A stretch of DNA of 60,478 bases from Thermoanaerobaculia bacterium (lineage in GTDB: Bacteria; Acidobacteriota; Thermoanaerobaculia; Gp7-AA8): NCBI GenBank assembly GCA_035525045.1, contig DATLEX010000304.1, positions 1 to 60,478 of the forward strand. The letters are read 5' to 3'. The position numbers and the translations under genes are program-made. Under the pieces are notes generated by a model that saw only the letters and a list, made by a program, of their open reading frames with translations, did no database searches and was not told where the DNA came from. Positions 12,357-21,396 of this stretch are shown here, piece after piece; the first letter of the stretch is position 1, and each line of letters opens with the position of its first letter.

Positions 12357-13265
12357 ATGCTACTCTCCGCATCCGTGCGCCGTTTCGCCGTTCTGCTGCT
12401 ACTCGCTTCGATCGCCCTGGCCTGCAATCGCAGGCCGGTCACGCCGCCGGACGTCGTCGCCCGTGTCGGGGATCGCATGCTGACTCTGGCCGATTACAAG
12501 CGCTACCTGGAGCGGAACGCCGGAACCGATCTCGCGCAACTGCAGCCGGAGGTGGCCAGCGCTCTCCTCGACCAGTACATCGAGGAGGTGATCCTCTCCG
12601 AATACGCCGCCAGGAGCGGGGTGGAAGTGCCGGCTGAAGCGATCGCCTCCGCCGTCCGCAGCGATGCCGGCGCCACGGTCATCGAGAAACGCGACGAGAT
12701 GCGCCGGCAGCGCCTGATCGCCAGCGTCTCCGCGGAGCTGCCCGAGCCGTCCGAGGCGCAGATCCGCGAGTACTACGAGAAACGCCAGGGCGAGTTCCGA
12801 AGCGGCGAGGAAGTGCGGGTCCGCCAGATCCTGGTCCACGACGAGGCCCTCGCCAACGACATCGCCGCGAAGCTCCGGAAGGGAGCTTCCTTCGAGACCC
12901 TTTCCGCCGAACACTCCCAGGCCCCCAACGCCAAGCGAGGGGGGGAGATCGGCTTCGTCAGCCGCGGCGAGCTGCCGAAGATGTTCGAGGAGCAGATCTT
13001 CTCGCTCCAGCCGGGGCAGGTCAGCCCCGTCATCCGGACCGACAAGAGCTTCCACATCTTCAAGGTGGACGAGCACCGGCCGCCGGGGGTGCTGAGTCTG
13101 GAGGGGGCCGCGCCAGCCATCCGGGCGCGGCTGCGGGACGACGCCGTCCGCGACCATATGGCTCAGCTCGGCGCCCGCGCCCGCCGGGAGATGCCGATCG
13201 CCGTCCTCACCAAGCGCCTCCCCTTTCGCTACTCGGGAACTCTCCCAAAATCGGAGAACGAATAA
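12357..13265 (+). CDS. Parvulin-type peptidyl-prolyl isomerase, lipoprotein
   Basis: Lipobox LASIALAC. PpiC domain VRVRQILVHDEALANDIAAKLRKGASFETLSAEHSQAPNAKRGGEIGFVSRGELPKMFEEQIF...SFHIFKVDE. Confidence 0.85.
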   Translation: MLLSASVRRFAVLLLLASIALACNRRPVTPPDVVARVGDRMLTLADYKRYLERNAGTDLAQLQPEVASALLDQYIEEVILSEYAARSGVEVPAEAIASAVRSDAGATVIEKRDEMRRQRLIASVSAELPEPSEAQIREYYEKRQGEFRSGEEVRVRQILVHDEALANDIAAKLRKGASFETLSAEHSQAPNAKRGGEIGFVSRGELPKMFEEQIFSLQPGQVSPVIRTDKSFHIFKVDEHRPPGVLSLEGAAPAIRARLRDDAVRDHMAQLGARARREMPIAVLTKRLPFRYSGTLPKSENE

Positions 13266-13312
13266 ATCGAGGCGTCACTTGTTGTCACGGCTGCTCGTCG
13301 GATGAACGATCC

Positions 13313-14290
13313 ATGAAAAACATCACTCTGGCCCTCATCCTCGTGCTCGCCGCCACCACGGCGGGCGCCGCGGACCTCATCGAGGCGGTGGTCGTCCGCG
13401 TCGGAGACCGCATCATCACCCGCTCGCAATATGAGAAGCGCCTCCGCGATCTCTACAACGAGATCGAACAGACCACGCCGCCGGAGATGGTCGAGGAGCG
13501 GAAGAAGAGCGTGCGCAACCAGCTCCTCGATGAGCTGATCAGCGAGCTCCTGATCAAGGACCGCGCCGACCGCCTGGGGCTGACCGTCATGCAGCCCGAG
13601 ATCGACGACGCCATCAACCGGCTCAAGCAGCAGTACAACATCGCCACCGACGAGCAGTTCGAGTCGTCGCTGCAGCAGTCGGGAATGACGCGCGCTGAGA
13701 TGGAAGTCCGCCTGCGCGATACGCTGATCACCAACAAGGTCTTCGGACGCGAGCTCCGCAATCGCGCCGAGCTCGATGATCGCGAGCTGCGCGCCCGCTA
13801 CGACCGGGAGAAGGAGGAGTACCGCCTTCCCGAACGGGCCCGGCTCCGCGAGATCGTCATCGTCAAACCGGAGAATCCGGCCGCCTTCGAGGCCGCCCGT
13901 GAGCGCGCCGCCGCCGCGGCGGCGCAGGCCCGCGCCCCCGGCGCGGACTTCGCCAAGGCGGCGGCCGCCGTCTCCGAGGCCGGAACGAAAGAGAAGGGCG
14001 GCGACCTCGGCGAGGTGGCCCGCGGCGAGCTGCTCGCCGACCTCGACGCCGCCGTGTTCGCCGCCGCCGCCGGCACGGTGATCGGCCCGATCGAGACCCG
14101 CTCCGGATGGCACATCGTGAAGGTCGAGCAGCGGCTCCCCTCCGAGATCCCCGCCTTCGAGTCGATCAAGGACCGGCTCCGGCGGGATGCCACCGAGGAG
14201 ACCTTCCAGCGCGATCTGAAGGCGTACCTCGAGAACCTCCGCAAGGACGCCTACATCCAGATTCACGAGCAGAACGTCCCGCAGGTCTGA
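13313..14290 (+). CDS. SurA-like periplasmic chaperone / parvulin PPIase (single parvulin domain)
   Basis: Signal peptide MKNITLALILVLAATTAGAA. SurA_N-like VVVRVGDRIITRSQYEKRL. Parvulin domain ARLREIVIV...GGDLGEVARGEL...SGWHIVKVEQR. Confidence 0.85.
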   Translation: MKNITLALILVLAATTAGAADLIEAVVVRVGDRIITRSQYEKRLRDLYNEIEQTTPPEMVEERKKSVRNQLLDELISELLIKDRADRLGLTVMQPEIDDAINRLKQQYNIATDEQFESSLQQSGMTRAEMEVRLRDTLITNKVFGRELRNRAELDDRELRARYDREKEEYRLPERARLREIVIVKPENPAAFEAARERAAAAAAQARAPGADFAKAAAAVSEAGTKEKGGDLGEVARGELLADLDAAVFAAAAGTVIGPIETRSGWHIVKVEQRLPSEIPAFESIKDRLRRDATEETFQRDLKAYLENLRKDAYIQIHEQNVPQV

Positions 14291-14362
14291 ATCCGCCGGG
14301 CGGCGGCCCCTCCGATCCACCACCCGTAGAGTGCCTCGGCCTCCGAGGTATCCTCGGGCGCC

Positions 14363-15085
14363 ATGAGCGCGCTCGCTGATGCTGTCGCGGCAATCCGGAA
14401 ACTGCGGCCCCGGAAGGTGGTCGTCTTCACCGGGGCGGGCGTCTCCGCCGACAGCGGCATTCCCACGTTTCGCGGCAACGAGGGTCTGTGGCGAACGTTT
14501 CGCGCCGAGGATCTGGCCACGCCCGAGGCCTTCCTGCGCGATCCGCTGCTGGTGTGGGAATGGTACGAGATGCGGCGCGCGATCATCCGCGCCGCGGCTC
14601 CCAACGCGGCCCACCAGGCCGTCGCCGCCCTGCCGGGGGCCGTCGTGGTGACGCAGAACGTCGATGGGCTGCATGCGCGGGCCGGCTCCGCCGACGTGGT
14701 GGAGCTGCACGGAAACATCTTCCGGGTCCGCTGCACGCGGGAAGGGACGAGGGCGGCCCGCCCCGAGCCATTCGACTCGTTGCCGCCCGTCTGTGAGTGC
14801 GGCGCGCTGCTCCGGCCGGACGTGGTCTGGTTCGGGGAGATGCTGGCGGAAGAGGCGATCGCCCGCGCCTCCACGGCCATGATCGGTGCCGACCTTCTCC
14901 TCGTCATCGGCACGTCGGGAGTGGTCTACCCCGCCGCCGGTCTGGTCTCGCTGCACGACGGGCTGTCGATCGAGATCAACCCCCAGGCCTCCACGCTCTC
15001 CTCGGCGTGCACGATTGCGATCGCCGCACGCGCCGCGGAGGCGGCGCCGGCGATCGTCGAGGCCATCCTGGAGGAGAACCGTTGA
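14363..15085 (+). CDS. cobB: NAD-dependent protein deacylase (Sir2 family)
   Basis: VVVFTGAGVSADSGIPTFRG, VVTQNVDGLH, ELHGNIFRVRC...CECGALLRPDVVWFGE, LLLVIGTSGVVYPAA. Confidence 0.9.
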   Translation: MSALADAVAAIRKLRPRKVVVFTGAGVSADSGIPTFRGNEGLWRTFRAEDLATPEAFLRDPLLVWEWYEMRRAIIRAAAPNAAHQAVAALPGAVVVTQNVDGLHARAGSADVVELHGNIFRVRCTREGTRAARPEPFDSLPPVCECGALLRPDVVWFGEMLAEEAIARASTAMIGADLLLVIGTSGVVYPAAGLVSLHDGLSIEINPQASTLSSACTIAIAARAAEAAPAIVEAILEENR

Positions 15086-15753
15086 GAGAAGTCATCGCCG
15101 ACCTTCCCATCGACGACCGCCCGCGCGAGCGGCTGTTCACGCATGGAGCGGACACGCTCTCGGACGCCGAGCTGATCGCCATCCTGCTCGGTTCGGGCGT
15201 GCCCGGCAAGAACGCCATCCAGCTCGCCCGGGAGATGCTGCAGGACGGGATGTCCTCCCTCCGCCGCCGCGAGCCCTCGCAGATCGCCAGGCTCACCGGC
15301 GTGGGGCCGGCCAAGGCCAGCCGGATCGCCGCGGCGTTCGAAGTGGCGCGGAGGCTCTCGTCGGCGGAACCCGATTCCCTTCCGCGCTTCGACGTGGAGG
15401 TGTTCGGTCGCTCGCTGGTCAGCGGCCACGCGCATCACGTGCAGGAGCGCCTCGGGGCCGCCTTCCTCGACTCGCGCCAGCGCATCCTGCGGCAGCGCGA
15501 GATCTACGTCGGCACCATCAACCACGCCGCCGTCTCGACCCGTGACGTGATCCGCTACGCCCTCGAGGAGAATGCCTGCACCGTGGTGCTGTACCACAAC
15601 CACCCCTCGGGCGATCCATCGCCCTCGGCGGAAGACCTCATGTTCACCAGGAAGATGAGCGGGTCGCTGCGGCTGTGCGACATCGACCTGGCCGACCACA
15701 TCGTGGTCGGCGCGCATCGCTATTACTCGATGCGCCAGAGGGGGCAGTTGTGA
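15082..15753 (+). CDS. radC: RadC-like JAB-domain protein (UPF0758)
   Basis: LREVIADLPIDDRPRERLFTHGADTLSDAELIAILLGSG (HhH N-domain). JAMM motif VVLYHNHPSGDPSPSAEDL. The TTG start at 15082 overlaps the cobB stop; the start is uncertain. Confidence 0.82.
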   Translation: MREVIADLPIDDRPRERLFTHGADTLSDAELIAILLGSGVPGKNAIQLAREMLQDGMSSLRRREPSQIARLTGVGPAKASRIAAAFEVARRLSSAEPDSLPRFDVEVFGRSLVSGHAHHVQERLGAAFLDSRQRILRQREIYVGTINHAAVSTRDVIRYALEENACTVVLYHNHPSGDPSPSAEDLMFTRKMSGSLRLCDIDLADHIVVGAHRYYSMRQRGQL

Positions 15754-15755
15754 AA

Positions 15756-15855
15756 GTGTCATCCTGAGCCGGCGCAGCGCGGCGAAGGACCTCCTGCGGC
15801 GATGCGCCAGCGTCGGCAGGGGATCCTTCGCCGTCTTCGCGGCTCAGGATGACAC
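15756..15855. repeat. 100-bp imperfect inverted repeat (GTGTCATCCTGAGCCG...CGGCTCAGGATGACAC) between convergent radC and ilvE. Likely a REP/MITE-like element and bidirectional terminator.
   Basis: Left arm gtgtcatcctgagccggcgcagcgcggcgaaggacctcctgc. The reverse complement of the right arm is gtgtcatcctgagccgcgaagacggcgaaggatcccctgcc. It fills the whole gap between the two stop codons. Confidence 0.8.
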
Positions 15856-15859
15856 AAGC

Positions 15860-16828
15860 CTATCGGGCTGCGAGCGCAGGCTTGTGCGATTCCGCGCCCT
15901 TCCCCGTGTACACCGGCGTCATCCACTTGTAACGGTCGGGGACATCGCCGGCGATGTAGGCGAAGTACTCGTTCTGCACCCGTTCCGTGACCGGACCCCT
16001 CCGCCCCTCCCCGACGGTGATGCGATCGATGCTCCGCACCGGCGTCACCTCGGCCGCGGTCCCGGTGAAGAAGACCTCGTCGGCCACGTAGAGCGCCTCG
16101 CGCGGGATCAAGGTCTCGGTGACCTCGTACCCGAGGTCGGTCGCCAGGCGGATGATCGTATCGCGGGTGATCCCCGCCAGGACCGACGCTCCGAGAGGCG
16201 GAGTCAGGATCTTGCCGTCCCGCACCACGAAGATGTTCTCGCCCGACCCTTCGCTGACGTAGCCGTTGACGTCGAGCGCGATTCCCTCCGCGTAGCCGTC
16301 GGCGCCGGCTTCCGAGCGGATCAGGATCGAGTTCATGTAGTTCGCGGTCGCTTTGGCCAGGGCCGGGAACGTGTTCGGAGCCATGCGGTTCCATGAGGAG
16401 ACGCGGACGTCGACGCCCTGTTCCATTCCCTCCGCCCCGAGGTATTTCCCCCACTTCCAGGCCGCGACCACGACATCGACCGGGCAGGGGCCGGGGAAGA
16501 CGCCGAGTGAATGGAAGCCGCGGTAGACGAGCGGCCGGAGGTAGCAGTCCTCGAAGTCGTTGACCTGAATGATGTCGAGGCAGGCCCGCTTGAATTCATC
16601 CGTTGAATATGGAATGTCGATCCGGTAAATCTTGCAACTGTCGTACAGGCGCCGGATGTGCTCGTCGAGTCGGAAGACGGCCGGGCCGGTCTTGGTCACG
16701 TAGCACCGGATCCCCTCGAAGAGGCCGGAACCGTAATGCAGCGCGTGTGTGAGCACATGGATCTTCGCATCCGCGAAGTCCACGAGCCGCCCGTTCATCC
16801 AGATTTTCTTGACTTCCTCGAACGGCAT
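15860..16828 (-). CDS. ilvE: Branched-chain amino acid aminotransferase (class IV)
   Basis: MPFEEVKKIWMNGRLVDFADAKIHVLTHALHYGSGLFEGIRCY...YLRPLVYRG...GENIFVV...LAGITRD. SD GAGGAGG lies upstream of the ATG. Confidence 0.92.
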   Translation of the reverse strand: MPFEEVKKIWMNGRLVDFADAKIHVLTHALHYGSGLFEGIRCYVTKTGPAVFRLDEHIRRLYDSCKIYRIDIPYSTDEFKRACLDIIQVNDFEDCYLRPLVYRGFHSLGVFPGPCPVDVVVAAWKWGKYLGAEGMEQGVDVRVSSWNRMAPNTFPALAKATANYMNSILIRSEAGADGYAEGIALDVNGYVSEGSGENIFVVRDGKILTPPLGASVLAGITRDTIIRLATDLGYEVTETLIPREALYVADEVFFTGTAAEVTPVRSIDRITVGEGRRGPVTERVQNEYFAYIAGDVPDRYKWMTPVYTGKGAESHKPALAAR

Positions 16829-16888
16829 TCACGCCTCCTCAGGATCGGGTGCTGACTTGGAGTGAGAATCAAAGGTCGGGGCCTGTCG

Positions 16889-16918
16889 AGTATAGGTGCG
16901 GCTGATTTTGGGTGTCAA
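16889..16918 (-). promoter_or_regulatory. Sigma70-type promoter for ilvE: -35 TTGACA, 18-nt spacer, -10 TATACT
   Basis: The minus strand reads TTGACAcccaaaatcagccgcaccTATACT (plus-strand tgtcaa 16913-16918, agtata 16889-16894). This is ~60 nt upstream of the ilvE ATG. Confidence 0.55.
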
Positions 16919-16927
16919 TGCTATAAA
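16919..16927 (+). promoter_or_regulatory. Candidate extended -10 element TGCTATAAA for the SDR gene, back-to-back with the ilvE -35
   Basis: TGnTATAAa match ~40 nt upstream of ATG 16967. The same 10-mer ATGCTATAAA recurs at 57867-57876. Confidence 0.35.
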
Positions 16928-16966
16928 CCTGCCATTTCGGAACGGTTTGCGCAGAAAGTGAGAACA

Positions 16967-17749
16967 ATGGGCTTCCATGGAAAAATTGCGGTGATCACCG
17001 GCGCCTCGAGCGGGATCGGCCGCGCCACGGCCGTGGAGATGGCCCGGCGAGGGGCGGATCTCGTCCTCGGCGCGCGGCGGGAGGAGAAGCTGGAGGAGAC
17101 GGCCGCCGAGTGCAGGAAGCATGGGGTGCGTGCCGAGGCGGTCCCCACCGACGTGCGGAAGCCGGAAGAGTGCCGGCGGCTGATCGCCTCCGCCAGGAGG
17201 GTCGACATCCTGGTGAACAACGCGGGGTTCGCCATCTACGACTCCGTCGCCGATGCGCGGCCGGAGGAACTGCGGGAGATGATGGAGACGAACTTCTTCG
17301 GCGCCGTGCAGTGCACGCAGGCGGCGTTGCCGCAGATGCTCGAACGGGGGAACGGGGTGATCGTGAATGTCGCCTCGATCACCGGTCTGATGGGATACGC
17401 TCGCATGAGCGGCTACTGCGCGACGAAGTTCGCACTGGTCGGCTGGACCGAGGCGTTGCGCGATGAGGTGATCGGGGAGGGCCTGCGGGTTGCACTGGTC
17501 TGCCCGGCGACCACCGAGACCGAGTTCTTCGTCAAAGCAGAACGTGGAAAAATGCCTGCAGCCTCCCGATTGATCCTGGCGGTCCCGGCCGAGCGCGTGG
17601 CCCGGGCCATCTGCGCCGCGGCCGTGGACGGCCGCTACCGGCGGATCATGCCGCCGCCGGCCGCCGCCTTCCTGCGGTTCAAGGAATTCGCGCCGCGCCT
17701 GGCGCATGCCGTGTTCCGCGGCGTCTCCCGGGCGCTGGAGCGCCGATGA
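16967..17749 (+). CDS. Short-chain dehydrogenase/reductase (SDR)
   Basis: MGFHGKIAVITGASSGIGRATA (TGxxxGxG), NNAG, S...YCATKFAL (YxxxK). Confidence 0.88.
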   Translation: MGFHGKIAVITGASSGIGRATAVEMARRGADLVLGARREEKLEETAAECRKHGVRAEAVPTDVRKPEECRRLIASARRVDILVNNAGFAIYDSVADARPEELREMMETNFFGAVQCTQAALPQMLERGNGVIVNVASITGLMGYARMSGYCATKFALVGWTEALRDEVIGEGLRVALVCPATTETEFFVKAERGKMPAASRLILAVPAERVARAICAAAVDGRYRRIMPPPAAAFLRFKEFAPRLAHAVFRGVSRALERR

Positions 17750-18396
17750 AGATCGGCTTCTCCCGCGCGCCGATCACCTCGGCCCTTCTCATCGCCATCG
17801 CCGTGGTGTGGTTCGCCGCTCCCGCGCCGCCGGCCTTCGACCGGCATCAGGAGCTCGTCACGAAGGGGGCCGTGGTCCCCGGTCTCATCGAAGACGGCCA
17901 GCTCTGGCGGCTCTTCACCGCCATGTTTCTCCACGCTTCCTGGCTGCACTGGGCGGTCAACTCCTGGGCGCTCTACCAGCTCGGGATGCTCTACGAGGCG
18001 ATGTTCGGCTCGAAGCGCTTCGCGCTGATCTACTTCGCCAGTGGCATCGTCGCCTCGACGGCCAGCTCCATGAACATCGAGACGGCCTCGGTCGGCGCCA
18101 GCGGCGCCATCTTCGGCGTGCTCGGCGCCTTCATCTTCTCTATCCGCCGTTCGCCCCAGTGGCGGCACGAGCCTTGGACCAGGAGCCTGCTCGGCCAGCT
18201 CATCTTCTTCGCCGTGCTGAACCTCTACATCGGGTTCCAGGTCCCCTTCATCGACAACACCGCGCACGTGGCCGGGCTGGTGACGGGGCTGCTCCTCGGG
18301 TTCCTCCCCCACCGCGTCCCCCCGCCCCCGCCCAGCCACACGGTGGTCGACGTGCAGCCTTACGACGACTCACCGCTTCGCAAAGATCAGCCGTAG
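17746..18396 (+). CDS. Rhomboid-family intramembrane serine protease
   Basis: FLHASWLHWAVNSWALY, catalytic GASGAIFGVLGA, and HVAGLVTGLLLG. The ATGA overlaps the SDR stop. Confidence 0.88.
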   Translation: MKIGFSRAPITSALLIAIAVVWFAAPAPPAFDRHQELVTKGAVVPGLIEDGQLWRLFTAMFLHASWLHWAVNSWALYQLGMLYEAMFGSKRFALIYFASGIVASTASSMNIETASVGASGAIFGVLGAFIFSIRRSPQWRHEPWTRSLLGQLIFFAVLNLYIGFQVPFIDNTAHVAGLVTGLLLGFLPHRVPPPPPSHTVVDVQPYDDSPLRKDQP

Positions 18397-19479
18397 GTCC
18401 TGCGGTCCGAAGAGGCGGGCATTGATGGCCTCGATCACGCGCCGCAGGGCCGGCGGATCGTCGGGCTCGAGCTCCAGCGCCGTTCCTTCCGGCAACGGGT
18501 GGACGGCCCGGACCTCCTCGACGTCGAAGCCGTACTCGCGCCCCAGGAGCACCAGCGCCGCCGGGTGGCGCGGCGCGAGGTGTGTCGGATCGCGCCAGAA
18601 CTCCGAGGCGCTGACCACCAGCGACTCGGCGTTGGGCGTCTCGATCATCAGCAGGCCGCCGCGGCGAAGGACCCGGGCCGCCTCCGCGAACAGCGCGAAG
18701 AGCGCCTCCACCGGCAGGTGCTCGACCACGTGGGCGGCCAGGATCGATCCGGCGCTCCCCTCGCCGAGCGCGGTGAAGCACTCGGGAACCCCGGCCAGCG
18801 TGACGTCGAATCCCCGCTGCCGCAGGTCCGCCACCGACCGCTCGTTCGTATCGAACCCCCGGGCCTCGATCCCGCGCTCGCCACAGAGCGCCAGGAACTC
18901 GCCCCGGCCGCATCCGACGTCCAGCGCCGGCTGCGCCGCCCGAGCCCGGTCCACGTACGGCCGCATCGCCTCCCGCACCTCGGCTTCGCTGCCGCGCAGC
19001 CCGTCCTCCAGACGGCGGTAGAGGAAATCGGTCGCGGCCGGCGAACGTGAGCCCGCAGCCTCGATGAGGGGATTGGTCACGTCGCGCAGCCGGACGGCGA
19101 GTGTCTCGATCTTCTGGTCGAGCGCCGCGATGAGCGCGTCGTTGCGATCCGCAGCCAGGTGGACCAGTTCGCGGCTCTGGCGAACGCCGGCCGCCAACGC
19201 GGACTCGGCGTTCTGCAGGTCGCGCTGCACCGCGGCGATGTCGGCGCGGAGATCGTCCCGGACGGCCTCCGCCAGGGAACGGACGTCGTCCAGCAGATCG
19301 AGAAGGGCTTCGTTGAAGTCGCGCTGCCGGTCGCGATCGGCCGCTCCAGCCCTCCGCACCACCTTCTGTAGAAGGGCCCCGAGGAATCCACCGCTGCGGT
19401 ACCGCCGATCGTCCCGCCAGACCTCCCGCCACCCCTCGGCACCCGCGGGCGGCCCATCGACGTACCGCTCGTCACTCAT
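18370..19479 (-). CDS. Class I SAM-dependent methyltransferase with N-terminal coiled-coil region
   Basis: Start at MSDERYVDG (ATG 19479). Motif I LDVGCGRGEF. ...AAHVVEHLP...RVLRRGGLLMIETPN. The longer ORF-track extension runs into rplI and is not credible. Confidence 0.75.
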   Translation of the reverse strand: MSDERYVDGPPAGAEGWREVWRDDRRYRSGGFLGALLQKVVRRAGAADRDRQRDFNEALLDLLDDVRSLAEAVRDDLRADIAAVQRDLQNAESALAAGVRQSRELVHLAADRNDALIAALDQKIETLAVRLRDVTNPLIEAAGSRSPAATDFLYRRLEDGLRGSEAEVREAMRPYVDRARAAQPALDVGCGRGEFLALCGERGIEARGFDTNERSVADLRQRGFDVTLAGVPECFTALGEGSAGSILAAHVVEHLPVEALFALFAEAARVLRRGGLLMIETPNAESLVVSASEFWRDPTHLAPRHPAALVLLGREYGFDVEEVRAVHPLPEGTALELEPDDPPALRRVIEAINARLFGPQDLRLIFAKR

Positions 19480-19516
19480 GGGGATGAGGATACAGGACCC
19501 TGTCATCCCCAGCCCG

Positions 19517-20017
19517 TCACGCTTCCGGCGCGGGCACTGCCGGAGTTTCGGCCGGCTCTTCGAACCGCTCCACGCCGATGGGAACGACCTCGACCTGGAT
19601 ATGGGCGCTGACGTCGCGGTGCAGCCGGACGTCGACGTCGTGGACGCCGATGCTCTTGATGGGGTGCTCCAGCTCGATCCGGCGCTTGTCGACCGGGACG
19701 CCCTTCGCTTCCAGGGCATCGGCGATCTCGTTCGCCGTCACGGAGCCGAAGAGCTGGCCGTTCTCGCCGACGCGCTTCTGGATGGTGATCTTCGTGCCCT
19801 TCACGGAGGCGGCGGCCTTCTGGGCGATGTCCTTCTCCTGCTGCGCGAGGAGGGCCCATTTCTTCCTCTCCTGCTCGACGGACTTGAGATTGCCCGGCGT
19901 GGCCTCGCGGGCGAGGTCCTTGGGGATGAGGTAGTTCCGCGCGTAACCGTCCTTGACGGAGACGACGTCGCCGCGCGTGCCGAGGCCGCGGATCTCCTCA
20001 GTCAGTATGACTTTCAT
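19517..20017 (-). CDS. rplI: 50S ribosomal protein L9
   Basis: MKVILTEEIRGLGTRGDVVSVKDGYARNYLIPKDLA. ATG at 20017 (GTG at 20026 is in frame, 3 codons upstream). Confidence 0.92.
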   Translation of the reverse strand: MKVILTEEIRGLGTRGDVVSVKDGYARNYLIPKDLAREATPGNLKSVEQERKKWALLAQQEKDIAQKAAASVKGTKITIQKRVGENGQLFGSVTANEIADALEAKGVPVDKRRIELEHPIKSIGVHDVDVRLHRDVSAHIQVEVVPIGVERFEEPAETPAVPAPEA

Positions 20018-21059
20018 GAGAGTCACCCTTTCGCTTGAGTTTTCTGAAATCGAAGAATGGATCGAACAGGCCGGCCAGCGCCAGCAGAAGCAGCCCCAGG
20101 CCGGTGATGCAGAGCAGCCCGAGGAGCACGAATCCGAAGATCGTGCCCATGGCCCCGCTGCCGGCCTTCGCCAGCATGGAACGGAACACGGCCAGGCCTT
20201 GAAGCAGGAAGAGGAACAGGACCACGGTCAGAACGTTGCCGGCCACGATCTGCAGCGCTCCTGTAGCCAGCGGAGTGAGACCTCCGAAGACGAAGCCGAA
20301 GAGCAGCCAGTCGGGCAGCGCCAGATTGCGGAAGAGATACGGACGCTGCGACGGATCGGCGACGGTCCTCTCGGTGGCGAACATGCGCCAGGCCTTCAGC
20401 CGCCCGACCATCATCAGGCTGAGCACGAAGATCAGGCAGAAGTCGATGAGGATCCACGCCGGCAGGACGTTCATGGCGATCTCCATCCACCGCTGGATGC
20501 CGGTGACGAGATCGGAGCGAGCGCCGTTGTCGCGATAGAACTGCACGACCCGCGCGGCCATCTCCTGCGCCTGGGCGAGCTGAAGGGCGTAGGGGGAGAA
20601 GCCGCCGAAGGTGCGCATAGCCACCTCGGTCAGACCGAGGCCGACCGTGCTGCCGCTCACGGCCAGCAGTAGGACGTTCCCAAACCGCTCGCCCCGCTCG
20701 ACCATCGGGATCGCCGCCATGGAGGGGACGGCAATGGAGAGCACCACCGCGGCCAGCGACGCAAAGGCCATGCGTGACGCCGCAGGAGCCTCGGACACGC
20801 TTGCCAATTGCACGAAATAGAGCGTGGTCAGCGCCACGGCGACGGCGAACGCTCCCCAGGCAACGCGCCGCCCGTTGCGCAGCGCGCACTGGAAGAGGGC
20901 GGCGGGAGCAAACACGAGCAGCGGCGAGATCAGCATCAGGGCCGTGGCCACCCCGTACCCGAGCGCAACGCGGCCGGGCGGGCTCGAGGGCCGGCTCTCC
21001 GGACCGGAGGCGGCCGAGGCCGGCCTCATGTCGCTCTGCTCGAGGGAGGTTTCGATCAT
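19998..21059 (-). CDS. Polytopic membrane protein between rpsR and rplI (DUF2232/YybS-like by position and topology)
   Basis: 353 aa with many hydrophobic segments. It occupies the rpsR-rplI position that yybS holds in Firmicutes. The family call comes from memory and synteny only. Confidence 0.65.
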   Translation of the reverse strand: MIETSLEQSDMRPASAASGPESRPSSPPGRVALGYGVATALMLISPLLVFAPAALFQCALRNGRRVAWGAFAVAVALTTLYFVQLASVSEAPAASRMAFASLAAVVLSIAVPSMAAIPMVERGERFGNVLLLAVSGSTVGLGLTEVAMRTFGGFSPYALQLAQAQEMAARVVQFYRDNGARSDLVTGIQRWMEIAMNVLPAWILIDFCLIFVLSLMMVGRLKAWRMFATERTVADPSQRPYLFRNLALPDWLLFGFVFGGLTPLATGALQIVAGNVLTVVLFLFLLQGLAVFRSMLAKAGSGAMGTIFGFVLLGLLCITGLGLLLLALAGLFDPFFDFRKLKRKGDSHESHTD

Positions 21060-21069
21060 CGGCTCGCGC

Positions 21070-21372
21070 TCAGTCGGTGGCGAACGGCAGCAGCGCCACC
21101 GTCCGGGCGCGCTTGATGGCGTTCTGCAGCTTGCGCTGGTGCAGCGCGCAGGTGCCGGAAATGCGGCGCGGCAGGATCTTTCCCCGCTCGGGGATGAACT
21201 GCTGGAGCATCTTCACGTCCTTGAAGTCGATGTACTCGAGCTTCTCGACGCAGAACTTGCAGACGCGCTTGCGACGGTAGAAGAACTTCTTCTTGCCGCC
21301 CGGCCCGCCGCCCGGACCTTCACGGCGATCGCCACCGGAGCGAGGGCCGCGGGATGAAGTCGTGGTAGCCAT
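21070..21372 (-). CDS. rpsR: 30S ribosomal protein S18
   Basis: [71 protein letters not shown]. Confidence 0.93.
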   Translation of the reverse strand: MATTTSSRGPRSGGDRREGPGGGPGGKKKFFYRRKRVCKFCVEKLEYIDFKDVKMLQQFIPERGKILPRRISGTCALHQRKLQNAIKRARTVALLPFATD

Positions 21373-21396
21373 ATGTCATCTCCTCCTGGTGCAGTC

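Noticed and set aside
14363-15753. Sir2-domain protein plus RadC/JAB protein as a possible anti-phage (Thoeris/DSR-like) system
   Set aside because: The Sir2 protein is a compact 240-aa canonical sirtuin with the NAD and zinc-ribbon motifs of CobB, and it has no extra sensor or effector domains. RadC is the standard UPF0758 form. Both sit in a housekeeping context.
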